The notes below the pieces were generated by a model that made no database searches, was not told the DNA's origin, and saw nothing but the letters and a program-made list of their open reading frames with translations. From positions 153,884,001 to 153,948,000 of the forward strand of contig OX597816.1 of the NCBI GenBank assembly GCA_951406725.2: a stretch of 64,000 nt of DNA, given 5' to 3'. The stretch comes from Octopus vulgaris. Lineage: Eukaryota. The position numbers were made by a program, and so were the translations under genes. This document shows, in pieces, positions 1-12,550 of the stretch (positions are counted from its first letter, which is position 1; every line of letters begins with the position of its first letter).

Positions 1-859
1 GTGTGGAACCATTTCTGTGCAGTTCTTTCAAACAATAGTGACTTTGGCAGCTTTGGAAACTTGATTGAAAGTGAAGAAATGCAAAGTATAGAAAAGCCTC
101 TTTTGTTTTACTTCACTTATGTTAAGATCTTGGAGACTTTAGCTTTGATTATAAATCACAAGCATCATGCAATTTCATTTTCTGTCCCCTATAAATATGA
201 TGTAATCATTAGCATGTTTTCCCAATATTCTAAGTAAGTAGGTTTGAATTATTATTAAGAGGTATACAAGTGAATAATATGGATAGTGTAGCATTGGATT
301 AATAACTCACATATCTTGGGATTAAATCCATGACTTGTGTTTTATTGTGTATTTGGCAGTATGCTTAATTCTTAGCGTCTCACTTACCCTAGTTGTTGAG
401 TAAAAAGGTATCAAATCTTCTAGAATGTTAGCTGCATTTAATTGATATCCTTTCTACAGGTAACTAAACAGCAGAGCTAAGAACCAACACTTGAAATCAA
501 AGATTATGAAGCCTTTGCATTAAATACAATTATGCGGTCCTAAGCTTCTGTAAAAAATCAGTCTTTGTGCTTTTGCTTAAAAGGGAAATAATACCATGCA
601 GTAAGATTATGTTCCAGATATATTAATTTGCAATACTGTTTTTTTTTTGCTTCATGCTTTAAATATTCCCTAGGGAATATGTATACCACATAACAAGTCA
701 ATAAAGATGATTATGGTTGACAAATAGAAGAGATAAAAATACAGATTTTTTTTAGATATTCTAAATTTAATCCTTTTTATTTTCACCAGTGTTTGAATTA
801 TTCAATTTCAGTTATATTCCTGACAAATAAGTGAATGTTTTTTTTTTATTTCATTTCAG

Positions 860-949
860 TAAACAGGGACGGAAGCTTGGAACAGTTGAATTTCAGTGCA
901 GTAGTTGCTATAAATGGTTTCATATTGATTGTATCAAAATGCCTTTAGG
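860..949 (+). CDS. ASH2L: ASH2L internal exon (first in window), PHD-like zinc finger: KQGRKLGTVEFQCSSCYKWFHIDCIKMPLG
   Basis: tttcatttcag acceptor and gtaggt donor. Translation matches human ASH2L GRQLGEVELQCGICTKWF. Phase 2/2. Confidence 0.9.
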
Positions 950-1024
950 GTAGGTATTCTTCAGCACACCTTATACAGTTTTCTTTCTTTCCTTATTTTG
1001 TTCATTTTTTTCTACCATGCTACA

Positions 1025-1192
1025 ATCATCACCATCCTCGTTTAACGTCTGCTTTCCATGCTGACATGGGTTGGATAGTTTGACTGAGGACTGGTGAGCT
1101 AGAAGGCTGCACCAGACTCCAATCTGATCTGGCAAAGTTTCTACAACTAGATGCCCTTCCTAATGCCAACCACTCTGAGAGTGTAGTGGATG
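1025..1192 (-). mobile_element. RTE 3'-tail fragment / RTE-tail SINE
   Basis: Reverse complement of 3610-3780 (catc..gtttaacgtctgctttccatgc...gatgcccttcctaatgccaaccactc). Confidence 0.85.
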
Positions 1193-1769
1193 TTTAATTC
1201 TATTGTGTGTACAAATACACTGCAGACATGCATGTGTATACATAAGTATGTAAGAATACACCTGTGCATTATTGACATTGAAATATGTACTTCCTGAGCA
1301 TCTATAGTACAAGTAAAATAGATGAGTGAATAATATATTGCAGGGACAGCTAATACATTTAGATCTTCTGCTGATATTTTGTTGTTTATGTAATAGTTTC
1401 AGTTATCCTAGCTGTCAAGGATAGGTACAAAATCATAATAAATCAACCTGTCAAAGGAGATATTTATCTCACATTCATGTACCACTAATAGAATGAACTA
1501 CCTGTCTGTAAGAGCCTGTTGAAAGTATTTTTGCATACTCATATTTATGTACCTGAAGGCATACTTGATAAAACAAATATTGCAAAATTGAGAGTGCTTG
1601 TGGTTATTTTGAAAACTGTAAGATTGTTGGAAGTTAATAGAGAACCATGAAAAATTATTTTCTTTTGAAATTGTACTTTCTCTGACATTTGTTCTAGAGA
1701 TAAAGTAATATCCACTTGAGGTGGACTAAAGCTGCAGTCTTCAGAAAGAACATCTTCAAAAGATTATAG

Positions 1770-3781
1770 ATGATGGGAAAAAGAGAGTCTGCAAATGTCG
1801 ACCCAATTGAGGGACCAGCTATTCAAATTAGTTGATAAAGCAATTAAGGGTATGAAGACAGGGAAAGTTCCCAGCCCATCAGGAATCACTGCTGAAGTTC
1901 TTAAAATCTCTGGCAGCATATGCTATAATCTAGTCAACCAGGTGATACATGAAGAAGTCATACCTTATGACTGGTGTAGCAGCACCATAGTCAACTGCTA
2001 CAAATGTAATGGTGACGCATTAGATAGGAATAATTACAGAGGTATCAAATTGTTGATGAAAGTTACAAAGAGGATCATAGCCCAACCAATTAGGGAGAGA
2101 GTTAGTTTAGACGAGATGCATTCTGGGTTTGTGCCAGGGAGAAGAACCACTGATGCAGGAGAAATTTCTAGCCAAAGATAATTCTCTATACTTGGCTTTT
2201 GTTGACATGGAGAAAACCCTTGACAGAGTCCCTTGATCCCTTATTTGGTGGTCAGTGTGGAAACTAGGGATAGATGAGTGGTTGGTGAGAACTGTAGAAG
2301 CCATGTATAGGGATGCTGTCAGTAAGGTGAGGGCTGGCAACAAGTATAGTGAAGAATTCCGGATAGAAGTAGGGGGTTCACTAAAGATCAGTCCTCCAGG
2401 TAATAACAGAGGAATTTAAGACAGGCTGCCCCTGAGAGCTCCTCTATGCTGATGACACTTCTCTAATAGCTGAGTCACGATCAGAACTAGAGAAGTTTCA
2501 GGTGTGGAAGCAAGGTCTAGAATCAAAGGGCCTTAGAGTCAATCTAGCAAAAACCAAAAAGTGGGAAGGCAGGCAAATCACAAATCCCTTCAGGTAGATG
2601 GCCCTGCTCAATCTGTAGAAATGGCGTAGGTAGAAACTCCATAAGATGTACCCAGTGTAAGCTATGGATACATACGAGGTGAAGCAATATCAAAGGAAGG
2701 TTAACTGGGAGGATAGTTTTTGTATGTGGCAGATGCACAGGAGCAATAAACACCAAAGATGTACAGAAAACAGATTCTATCACATGCCAGGGGGAAAAAC
2801 TAGAAGTAGTTGATAACTTCTGTATACTAGGTGACTAAGTCAGTAGCAGGAATGGCTGCTCTGAGAGTGTAGCTGCTAGAATAAGAATAGCCTTGGCAAA
2901 GTTCAGAGAGCTCTGACCTCTGCTCGTAACAAAGGGCCTGTCACTCAGAGTGAAAGGTACTGTATGATGCCTGTGTACAGTGAAACATGGGCTGTGACTG
3001 CTGAGGACATGTGTTGGCTTGAAAGAAATGAAGCTAGTATGCTCTGCTAGATGTGTAATGTCAGTATGCATATACGACAGAGTGTAAGCTCCTTGAGAGA
3101 AAAGTTGGACATAAGAAGCATCAGATATGGTGTACAAGAGAGACAATTGTACTGGTATGGTCATGTGTTGTGTATGGATGAGGACAGCTGTGTGAAGAAG
3201 TTACACACTAACAGTGGAGGGAACCTGTGGAAGAGGTAGACCCAGGAAGAAATGGGATGAAGTGGTGCAGCACAACATTTGAATGCTGGGCCTCACAGAA
3301 GCAATGACAAGCAACCGAGACCTTTGGAGATATTCTGTGCTTCAGAAGACTTTTGCAAAGTGAAATCGTAGTTATAGCCGATGCCAGTGCTGCCTGACTG
3401 GCAGCCATGCTGGTGGCACGTAAAAAAGCACCATTCTATTGTGGCCGATGCCAGTGCCTCTTGACTAGCACATAAAAAGCACCATTCAGGTGTGGTCAAT
3501 GCTAGTGCCTCCTGACAGGCTCATGTATTGGTAGCATGTAAAAAGCACCATTCGAGCATGGTCGATGCCAGTGCCTCCTGACTGTCTCCCATGCCACTGG
3601 CACATAAAAAGCACCCACTACACTCTTAGAGTGGTTGGCGTTAGGAAGGGTATCCAGCTGAAGAAACCTTGCCAGATCAAATTGAAGCCTGGTGCAGCCT
3701 CCTTGCTTGCCAGTCCTCAGTCAAACCATCTAACCCATACCAGCATGAAAAGCAGATGTTAAACAGTGATGATAATGATGA
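1770..3781 (+). mobile_element. 5'-truncated, decayed RTE-clade LINE (RT domain, PHD-like insert, 3' UTR with tandem units, (GAT)n tail)
   Basis: RT motifs NYRGIKLL, GFVPGR.TTDA, AFVDMEK, LLYADD (~2440) and C-terminal RGRPRKKW, with many stops and frameshifts. Confidence 0.93.
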
Positions 3782-4044
3782 AAGTTAGGTATCATTATAT
3801 GACTGAATCTGTACAATGCGGAAAAAATATACTGCAAAAATCTCCTCTGGATAAAATTCAAATGTACCTTTGCAAAAGGAATTAAATTCAGTACTGTAAG
3901 CCATTACCACCACCATCACCACAATCTCCTCCTTCTTGCCTCTGCAAAAGGTCAGAAGTGTTGCCTCACTCCTCATTTGACTAAAACCCTTCAAAAACCT
4001 TTCTTTCATCTACCATCCCTCACCCTCAAAAAAGTAAATATTCC

Positions 4045-4245
4045 TTTTTATTATAGGCACAAAGCCTGAAAATTTCAGGGAGGGTGCTAGTCTCAATTAC
4101 ATTGACCCCAGTGTTCAACTGGTACTTATTTAATTGACCCTAGAAAGATGAGAGGCAGCATTTGAACTCAGAACATAAAGCCAGAAAAAATGACATTAAG
4201 CATTTTGTCCAGCACAATAATGATTCTGCCAGCTCACTACCTTAA
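4045..4245 (-). mobile_element. SINE family B (~200 bp, (AAT)n tail)
   Basis: Shares gaactcagaac and ttgaccccagtgttcaactggtacttatt with many other copies in the window. Confidence 0.75.
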
Positions 4246-5769
4246 TGTCAGTAAATATTAAAACCAGTTCTACACCATGTTTCTCTGTTAATTAATTCCA
4301 TTTCTTCCTAAAAATAAATCATTATTATCATTGTTCTTATTATAATTAATATCATTATGTATATCCTGATTTTTCATTCTTCGTTTATTTGATATACTGC
4401 CAAAGGGAACCAGATAGACATGTCACACCCTTTACCAGCATTGAATTATAGATAGATGAGAGATGTTTAGACCTGATGATGATGATGCTTGTATAATATA
4501 TTGATGTTACTTATTCATCATCATCAGAACTATTGTCACTACCTTCAGTAGGTCAGCACAACAACATATTTTCACATTCTTATATTGCAAATATATATAA
4601 GTGAAAAAATATATAGTAAATACACAGACGAAAAGTAAACAATGTATAACATATATTGAGAGCACAAACAGACTAAAGACAAGCATAGAAAGTCCCTAAT
4701 TCTTCATCAGTTATCAACAGATGATAGTACTCAGTGTTATACCATTAATATGATGTATGTATGTACAGATGGTGTTATTGAATTATTCATCAATAAAAAA
4801 TGTATCTGAAACAACTGTAGTGAACCTTTATCCCATTTGTGCTCATGTAACTAGCCAAAAGAAATATTTGTGTATGTGCTTGTATGTATATGTATTTTTG
4901 TGTTACTTGTCTGTGTGTGTGTGTGTGCGAGGTAGCTTCTATATGGGCATGTGTTGGATGGGTCAGACAGTTCTTATTCAGAGTTACTACCCTCTTGGAT
5001 GAGTCAAAAGACCAGCACTCATGCATACACACATTTCAATTTATGGCATGATTTCTTCAACTTGATGCCTAGGGAGTATTTGGATCAATTTATTGGACTA
5101 CAAAATTGTCTTGTTTCCTACAAGACTAAAATGTCCTCTCTTCAGCGTCTCTATAGATATTGGAGCTAGAACTCTAGTTTTCCAGATAAATGTGACTGGT
5201 GGAAGGGTGAGCAGTAAAGTCATGCAATCCGCCTTTATCCTTAAAGAGAATCCCTTTGTTATCAGCTAAGGTAATAACTACCTGAACATTCCTGTGAACG
5301 TTTTTGTGCACATTTTTTGTATCTTGAATTCATACTTATAAACTGTCTAATTTAATTTAATGTTCAAAACTGAAAATCTTTTACTTTATGATCTGCTTCT
5401 AATATTAACAAGCTGTTGTTTTTTGTTTATAGCTTTTGTTTGTTTTTTTGCAACTCATAATAGCTTGAAGAATTTCGGAGTGAAAACTATGTTAAATGAT
5501 AAATACAAAATAAAATATGAAATAGTGATCTTCATACAGCTTAGGACTAAATGCTATGAGGTATCAAGGATTCTCGTGGGAAAGAAGGGGTGTGTATATG
5601 TTTGATGTTAATAATAATAATTATTTCTACTCTAGGAACAAGGTCTTGAAAATGACTAGTTGATTACATCGAGCCCAGTGAACTCAGAACTTAGTGGCAG
5701 GCGAAATACTGCTAAGTATTTCGCCCGGCATGCTAATGATTTTGCCAGCTCACTGCCTAAGCTTATTGT

Positions 5770-6620
5770 ATAAAGTGCTCTTCAGAAATGGTTGAAGGGG
5801 CAAACAAAGCAGACATATATATCAATAAAGATGGTGTTGAAAGTTAGATGTCCATGCACAATACATAGAATAAGATACAAAAAGACAAAGGGTGAACAAA
5901 GAAGAAGGGATTCATAGGTATATCTGGAGTAGTATTTGCAAATTTCAGGAAGTATGGAATTTTTTAAGGGTGCACTGTGCTAATAACTGATGCAGGTAGT
6001 TTATTACATGCTTCAACAATACTGAGCAAAAATGTTTTTGAAAGCCATGGATGCTGCATTGTTTTTGGATTTTATAAGCATGTCCATGAGATTTTTGAAT
6101 TCAAAAAGGTGGCCAAAGTTGTTGAGAAAATGGTGGATAATCTTGTGGGCTTTTGCCAAGTCAGTTACATGGTATTGAAACCTAAGTATGCTAATGCCCA
6201 GAGAAGAAATACATTCAATAGAGGGTATTTGGCTGCATGTTTGAGCTTCCAGTAGCTCAATATTCTGGACAAGATGGGTGCTCCAGTCTGGAGATGCAAA
6301 CTGTTAGTGTGGGCATACCATTGCCATATATATATATATATCTTTAAATAGATAGGTAGTAAGCAACTGACAAAGGTCTTACAGAGTGATGTTAAGACAA
6401 CTTCGGTATTTTGATAACTTTTAGAAACATGGTTCATCCAATGCAGATCATTGATACCTAGGTCACATTCACCAGTAGACTTCTTAAGGTTGATGTTATG
6501 GAGGGAGTAGGGAAATTCTAGGTTTTCCTCCCAAAATGTATAGTAGCAACACTTGTCTACAGCCAGCTTGAATTGCCAGTCAGCAATCCATTGCAACATT
6601 ATATGCAGAATGTGCAGAAA
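5770..6620 (-). mobile_element. CR1/Jockey-group LINE 3' RT fragment, decayed
   Basis: WIADWQFKLAVDKC...ECDLGI...HWMNHVSK resembles the CR1-type RT C-terminus. Frameshifted. Confidence 0.75.
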
Positions 6621-7358
6621 GTTGCCATATTACCATGACTGCCCAGGTATTTAATAACACAAACTGAAAAACACTGAATAGCATTCAGCATTTCTTTTTT
6701 ACTACCATCATGTTGTATCCCTACGCAAAATACACAATTCTCTTTGTTTCATTGAAAAATTTCTCAGATATTCATACCTTTTGCATGATGAACATATGAT
6801 TAAGTGCACACTAACATCAGTTGAAAGAACTGAAATTCAAATACTTTGAAAATTAAATGGAAATGTACAGTAGGGAAGAAGTCTGATCTTCAATAGTTAT
6901 GGTGACAACTATGGATATGTTTCGGTCTTATCAGTCCTCCTCAACAAAGTTTAATCTAACATAGAACAACTTTATGGGGTTCTTTTGTGAAATTTTTTCT
7001 GTTTAAACAATTTTAAATAATTATATTGGAAAATTTCCCAGCAATACTCTGCATGATAGGCTAACAATGCAATGCACTAAAAAGAAACTTCAATCAATTG
7101 AAACTGCTCTCTTTGTTTCAATTTTCTTCATTGACAAGTACCATATCTCTTTTACAGTTAAAGTGTCGGCTATATAGGTTTAGCCTACTGGGGAAACACA
7201 GGCTGTTTTATAAGCTTATAAAACAAGCTGTTTCAAGCTTGAAAATGTCCAAATATACTAAATAGCAACCCTGCTAAAAGAAATATGAGATGGTTATTGT
7301 AAATGTATACAATATACTTCAGATTCATTTAGTGTTTTCATTTTACTTTTCATTTCAG

Positions 7359-7450
7359 GAAATGTGTTCCTTTTATGTCAAATTACCTTTTTTACTGCAA
7401 GTCTAAGAAGTGCAGTCCAAACGGTGAAAGTTTTTCCAAAAAACATGCAA
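7359..7450 (+). CDS. ASH2L: ASH2L exon: KCVPFMSNYLFYCKSKKCSPNGESFSKKHA
   Basis: catttcag acceptor and gtatgt donor. Matches ASH2L CLPFMTNYSFHCNVC...FLRKQA. Phase joins the previous exon (GG|G). Confidence 0.92.
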
Positions 7451-7849
7451 GTATGTATGATATTGTTTTGTAATTTATAAAACAGAGCTTTGAACTATTA
7501 GTTTTCTCTATTTTTGAGGATGTGTTCGTTATTATTTAATCAGTAAATACTGAAGTGGGCTTCTACTAACATTTCACTGCTTCTACTAATCAAGCAGTTA
7601 AGAGCTTGATACTTACCTCTCTCTGACTAAAACCAAAGGTACCTTAACTGATTATTGGCAAATCATTAGAGTATTTTGTGCCTGAGGCGAGTCATTCCCG
7701 TTTTAATGCTTTATTAACACACTCACTGGTTCAATTTCCACTCATTTGCATCTTTTTCTTTCTAAAATTCTCATTGCTTCTTGCAACCTCTTCAGTTATT
7801 GACTCTGTCCATTATCAGAGCTGCATTCTTTTTGTTTGTTTATTTTGTA

Positions 7850-8262
7850 CGCATGTGTGTGCATGTGTATACACATATGTATGTATGTGTTTATGTGTGT
7901 GTGTATATGCATATGTATATATGTATGCACATTTGTATTTTGCATATTCATGTGTGTGTGTGTGTACCTCTGTTTCCTTGTGTGTGTATTTGTATACCTC
8001 TGTCTCTTTGTGTATCTATGTGTATTGGTGTATGTGACTATGTACGTGCGTCTTATGTATGGATGTGTGTGTGTGTAGAGTGCGTGTGTGTATATGGTTA
8101 CATGTTTCCTTTTGTGTATGTGTGTGTGCTTGTCTATCCATATTATCTATGTACCTATCTATCTACTTACCTATCTGTTTACCTGCATATCCATTTACCT
8201 ACCTATATATATATATATATATTCACCTACATAACAGCCTACTAACAAATCTACCTGTATAT
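7850..8262. repeat. Compound (TG)/(TA)/(ATCT) microsatellite tract
   Basis: Seen directly. Source of the spurious Cys/Val/Tyr-rich ORFs. Confidence 0.9.
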
Positions 8263-8269
8263 GTATAAA

Positions 8270-8710
8270 CTGTGGGTATTGAGGATTCTCCTATTTAGTA
8301 CAGGGTATGTTTCATTTGAGGACATACTCCTGTATTTGAGTATTGGGTCTTTCAAGTACTTGGATAAAATGCGAATTTCAAATCGACCCAGTGTGCCTCC
8401 ATGTTGGTCTTTGGCATGTTGGTAGAGTATAGAGGAGTGTTTTTTGTCGTCATATTGTCTCAAATAATTATTTAATCTTTCCATAATGCTTCTAGATGTC
8501 TCACCAATGTATGTCAAGTTCCTGTCTTTACAAGCACCCTCTATGCACCTTATGCTGTAGACTACATTTCTAGTTCTACACTTAATGCCAGGGTAAATCT
8601 TACATACCATGCAGTTCTCAAATGGGTACGTCCTACATAACTGATCTGATGGCACTCCCTGGCTTTTCAATGATCTTAATGTTGTGTTTGGTCTCCTTCC
8701 ATATAGTTAC
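8270..8710 (-). mobile_element. Penelope-like element GIY-YIG endonuclease fragment
   Basis: CRTRNVVYSIRC...C...TYIGETSRSIMERL has the PLE GIY-YIG VVY...YIGET motif with flanking Cys residues. Confidence 0.85.
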
Positions 8711-9430
8711 TACTTGCATCTGTTATAGAGATTTTAGAACTAGCTGCTTTGCTTGTCATTAGAGTATCAATATTTGCTCCAGCCATTTTCATTATGAGTT
8801 CAAATCCTACCAAGGTTGACTTTGCCTGGTACTTAATCAACTAACCCCTCCCCTTCAATTTCTGGCCTTGTGACTATATTAGAAATAATTATCTTTTATT
8901 ATTTTATATTATTTTTTATTATTGTTTTATATTTTCTCACACACACTCACACACACAAGCAGGACCATCATGCAGCAACATTTAACCTAGCAACAAGGTC
9001 TGTAATATCAATTATATTTGTAGCTGAGCCATTTCACTTACCATTTTTGCAATTTCTGATCTCAGTAGTTTAACCTCAAGGGAAATGGAATGAACCAAGT
9101 TGATTTGCCTTGATTCACTGCAACCCATTAAGAGTTGTGCAACACTTTGTGGAGATTAATTCTGTTTATAGAATTGACTTTGAAACTTTACTTATTGGGG
9201 AAGTGTTTATTTTATAGAGAGAGACAAAGCATCAGGTTTATTAGAAAGTGTGTAGGGGAGGAGATTTCTGTAACCTCATATCTTCCCCAGAGAAATGAAT
9301 GATTTGAAATAGTTACAACCCAATATTGAGGCTGTGTTGAAAACTTTGCTGTGTTAGAACTTGCCTCTTTACAAAGCTTGCAACAGGAATCTTTATGTAA
9401 TAACAGTGACACCAGTCAAGCTAGCAGGAA

Positions 9431-10425
9431 CATCATCATCATCGTTTAGCGTCCGCTTTCCATGCTGGCATGGGTTGGACAGTGCAACTGGGGTCTGGGA
9501 AGCCGGAAGGCTGCACCAGGCCCAGTCTGATCTGGCAATGTTTCTACGGCTGGATGCCCTTCCTAACGCCAACCACTCCATGAGTATAGTGGATGCTTTT
9601 TATGTGCCACCGGCACAGGTGCCAGACGGGGCTGGCGAACGGACACAATCGGATGGTGCTTTTTACATGCCACCGGCACGGAGGCCAGGCGAGGCTGGCA
9701 ACAGCCACGATCGGATGGTGCTTTTTACGTGCCACCTGCACGGAAGCCAGTCGGGGCAGCGCTGACAACGGCCACATTCAGATGATTCTCTTATGTGCCA
9801 CCGGCACTGGTATCACAGCTACAATTTCCATTGATGTTGATCGATTTTGATTTTGATTTTCACTTGCCTCAACAGGTCTTCACAAGTAGAGTTTTGTGTC
9901 CCAAGAAGGAATGGTATGCATAAGTGGACTGAAGCCATGGGTTATGGTCTCACTTGTCCTACCGGGTCTTCTCACGCACAGCATACTTCCAAAGGTCTCG
10001 GTCTCTAGTCATTTCCTTGGTGAGACCTTAAGTTCGAAGCTCATGCTTCACCACCTACTCCCAGGTTTTCCTGGGTCTACCTCTTCCACAGGTTCCCTCA
10101 ACTGCTAAGGTGTGGCACTTTTTCACACAACTATCTTCATCCATTCTCGCCACATGGCCATACCAGCACAAACGTCTCTCTTGCACACCACAACTGATGC
10201 TTCTTAGGTCCAACTTCTCTCTCAAGGTACTTACACTCTATCGAGTATGAACACTGACATTACACATCCATCGGAGCATACTGGCTTCATTTCTTGCGAG
10301 CTTACGCATATCCTCAGCAGTCATGTCCCATGTTTCACTGCCATGTAACATGGCTGTTCGTACACATGCGTCATACAGTCTGCCTTTTACTCTGAGTGAG
10401 AAGCCTTTTGTCCCTAGCAGAGGTA
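9431..10425 (-). mobile_element. RTE LINE 3' end (RT C-terminus plus 3' UTR with 4 tandem units and (CAT)n)
   Basis: Reverse-complement homolog of ~2920-3780. Confidence 0.9.
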
Positions 10426-11060
10426 ATCATTCAACCAGTTCACTGTAGCAATAAAATCTCCTTCAACAAACACACTTATCTTCAAAGTGAGGGTAAAAAG
10501 TTTCAAGACCTTAGATGTTAAGACATTATGGCTCACTGTAAAGATAGGATTTCTATGACTTCAGTGTTAACCTTTGATCCTAGCCATTGTCTTGGATATT
10601 TTATACATACTCATCCAGTGTACAAAACTTATAGGCTGCTTTTAAATGGTTTATCAGCTACTGACTGAACATACTGAATAGCAAATTTATCATATGACAG
10701 TAAGGAAACTTCTAAATAATTACTTAACTTTATTTTTACCTCAAAATTAGCATTATATGGTGATTTTTTTTACTGCCAAATACCTTTCTTATCACTAACC
10801 ACTCAGTAGTGAAGTAGGCATGAAGCTTTATGTCACTTAAGTAAACTGTACCAAGCAGTTTTAGGTTTTATCCAGGCAAACAAGAAAGTGGCTTTTAATT
10901 TGAACTCTTAACCATATACTGTATTCAGTAATCCAGCTTAACCTCACAGCTGTTATGCCTCAACATACCAGTCAAATCCTCCTAAACATATCACTTACCA
11001 TCTTTTAAAAAAGCAAGCATATGTTTTAAATTCTAAATTTTGACACACTATACTGACTTT

Positions 11061-11510
11061 ATCATCATCATCCTCATTTAACGTCTGTTTTCCATGCTGG
11101 CATAACTTGGACGTTTTGACTGGGGACTGGCAAGCCAGGAGGCTGCAACAGGCTCCAATCTGATCTGCCAATGTTTCTACAGCTGGACGCCCTTCCTAAT
11201 GCCAACCACTCCGAGAGTGTAGCAGGAGCTTTTTACGTGCCACCGGCACAAGAGCCAGTCAGGTGGCACTGGCATCGAACACATTCAGATGGTGCTTTTT
11301 ATGTGCCAGGCACAAGGCTAGCAATTTTAGGGTAGGGGTAAGTTGATTACATTGACCACCAGTGTTCAACTGGTACTTATTTTATCAATCCCGAAAAGAT
11401 GAAAAGCAAACTCAACCTCGGCAAACTTTGAATTCAGAACATAAAGATGAGTGAAATGCCTCTATGCATTTCATCCAGTGTGTTATTGATTCTGCCAGCT
11501 TGCCACCTTA
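11061..11510 (-). mobile_element. RTE-tail element (2 units) abutting a SINE family B copy
   Basis: Shared motifs with other copies, junction near 11308. Confidence 0.8.
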
Positions 11511-12329
11511 TTTTACTATATAAATATTAGAAACCATTATTGTTAATATTATCATTATATTCTGATTATGGCACTAATACAATCAGTAGAGCACTGAGTG
11601 AGATACTGTATGTTAAAGGTCAATGCAAATACAGATGAGGGAGCCAACTAAAATGATCATCATTTGATGAAGTTCAACTAACACAGTCTGACACTGACTT
11701 GCTAGACATTTTTGTTCTTATATCTAGATCTGTATGTTCCCAATCATATGATTGACTATCTTCTTGACATTAGTTTACTCAAACGGAACTGAAAAAAAAA
11801 AACCTTCCCTTAAATACAAGCCCACCTGAGATCTCCTCTGATTGATACTAAATCTCTCTTTATAAACTGTTCAAACCTCTCATCATAATTTTTTATAACA
11901 CCATTTTTATTATGTAATATTCTGTCAGATGTAGCAATTAAATCTCCTGCAACAAACACACTTATCTTCAAAATGAGGGTAAAATATTTCAAAGTTTTAA
12001 ATTTTAAGACATTATGCATCACTGTAAAGATAGGATTTCCATGACTTCACTGCTAACCTTTGATTCCAACCATTTTTGGATATTTTACACATATACATCT
12101 AGTGTAAAACTTATGGGGTTGCTTTTAAATGGTTTATCAGCTACTGACTGAACATACTGAGTAGCAAATTTATCATATGACAATAAAGTTTTGTAAATAG
12201 GTATCCTGAGTTCCTGTGTATCTTAAATCCAGACTAAAAGGGTCTGTGTCAGGAAATGCATCTGGGTGTAAAACACTGCCTCAGTCAACTCGCTTTGTTT
12301 ATGAAGTGTGGAAAAGCAACCATGAAATA

Positions 12330-12550
12330 GTCATGATTGTGTGGTTAACAAGTTTATTTTCTAACCATGTGATTTTGGGTTCAATATTAGTGCAGCATCT
12401 TGAGTGTCTTCTACTATAGCCCCAGACCAACAAAAGCCTTGTGAGTGGATTTGGGAAAAAAGAAACTGAAAATATTTGGGTTGATTTGTTTAACTTCAAG
12501 GTGGTGCCCCAGCATGGCCACAGTCTAATGACTGAAACAAGTAAAAGATA
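12330..12550 (+). mobile_element. tRNA-derived SINE family A, internally deleted
   Basis: gtgtggttaac...gggttcaat head, gtgtcttctactatagccc body, atgactgaaacaagtaaaagata tail. Confidence 0.7.

Noticed and set aside
7678-8268. Overlapping Cys/Val/Tyr-rich ORFs
   Set aside because: Translations of a TG/TA microsatellite.
9361-9850. Recurring ORFs such as LDALPNANHSESVVGAFYVPPA found at many loci
   Set aside because: Translations of the antisense RTE 3' UTR repeat. Frames are not conserved between copies.
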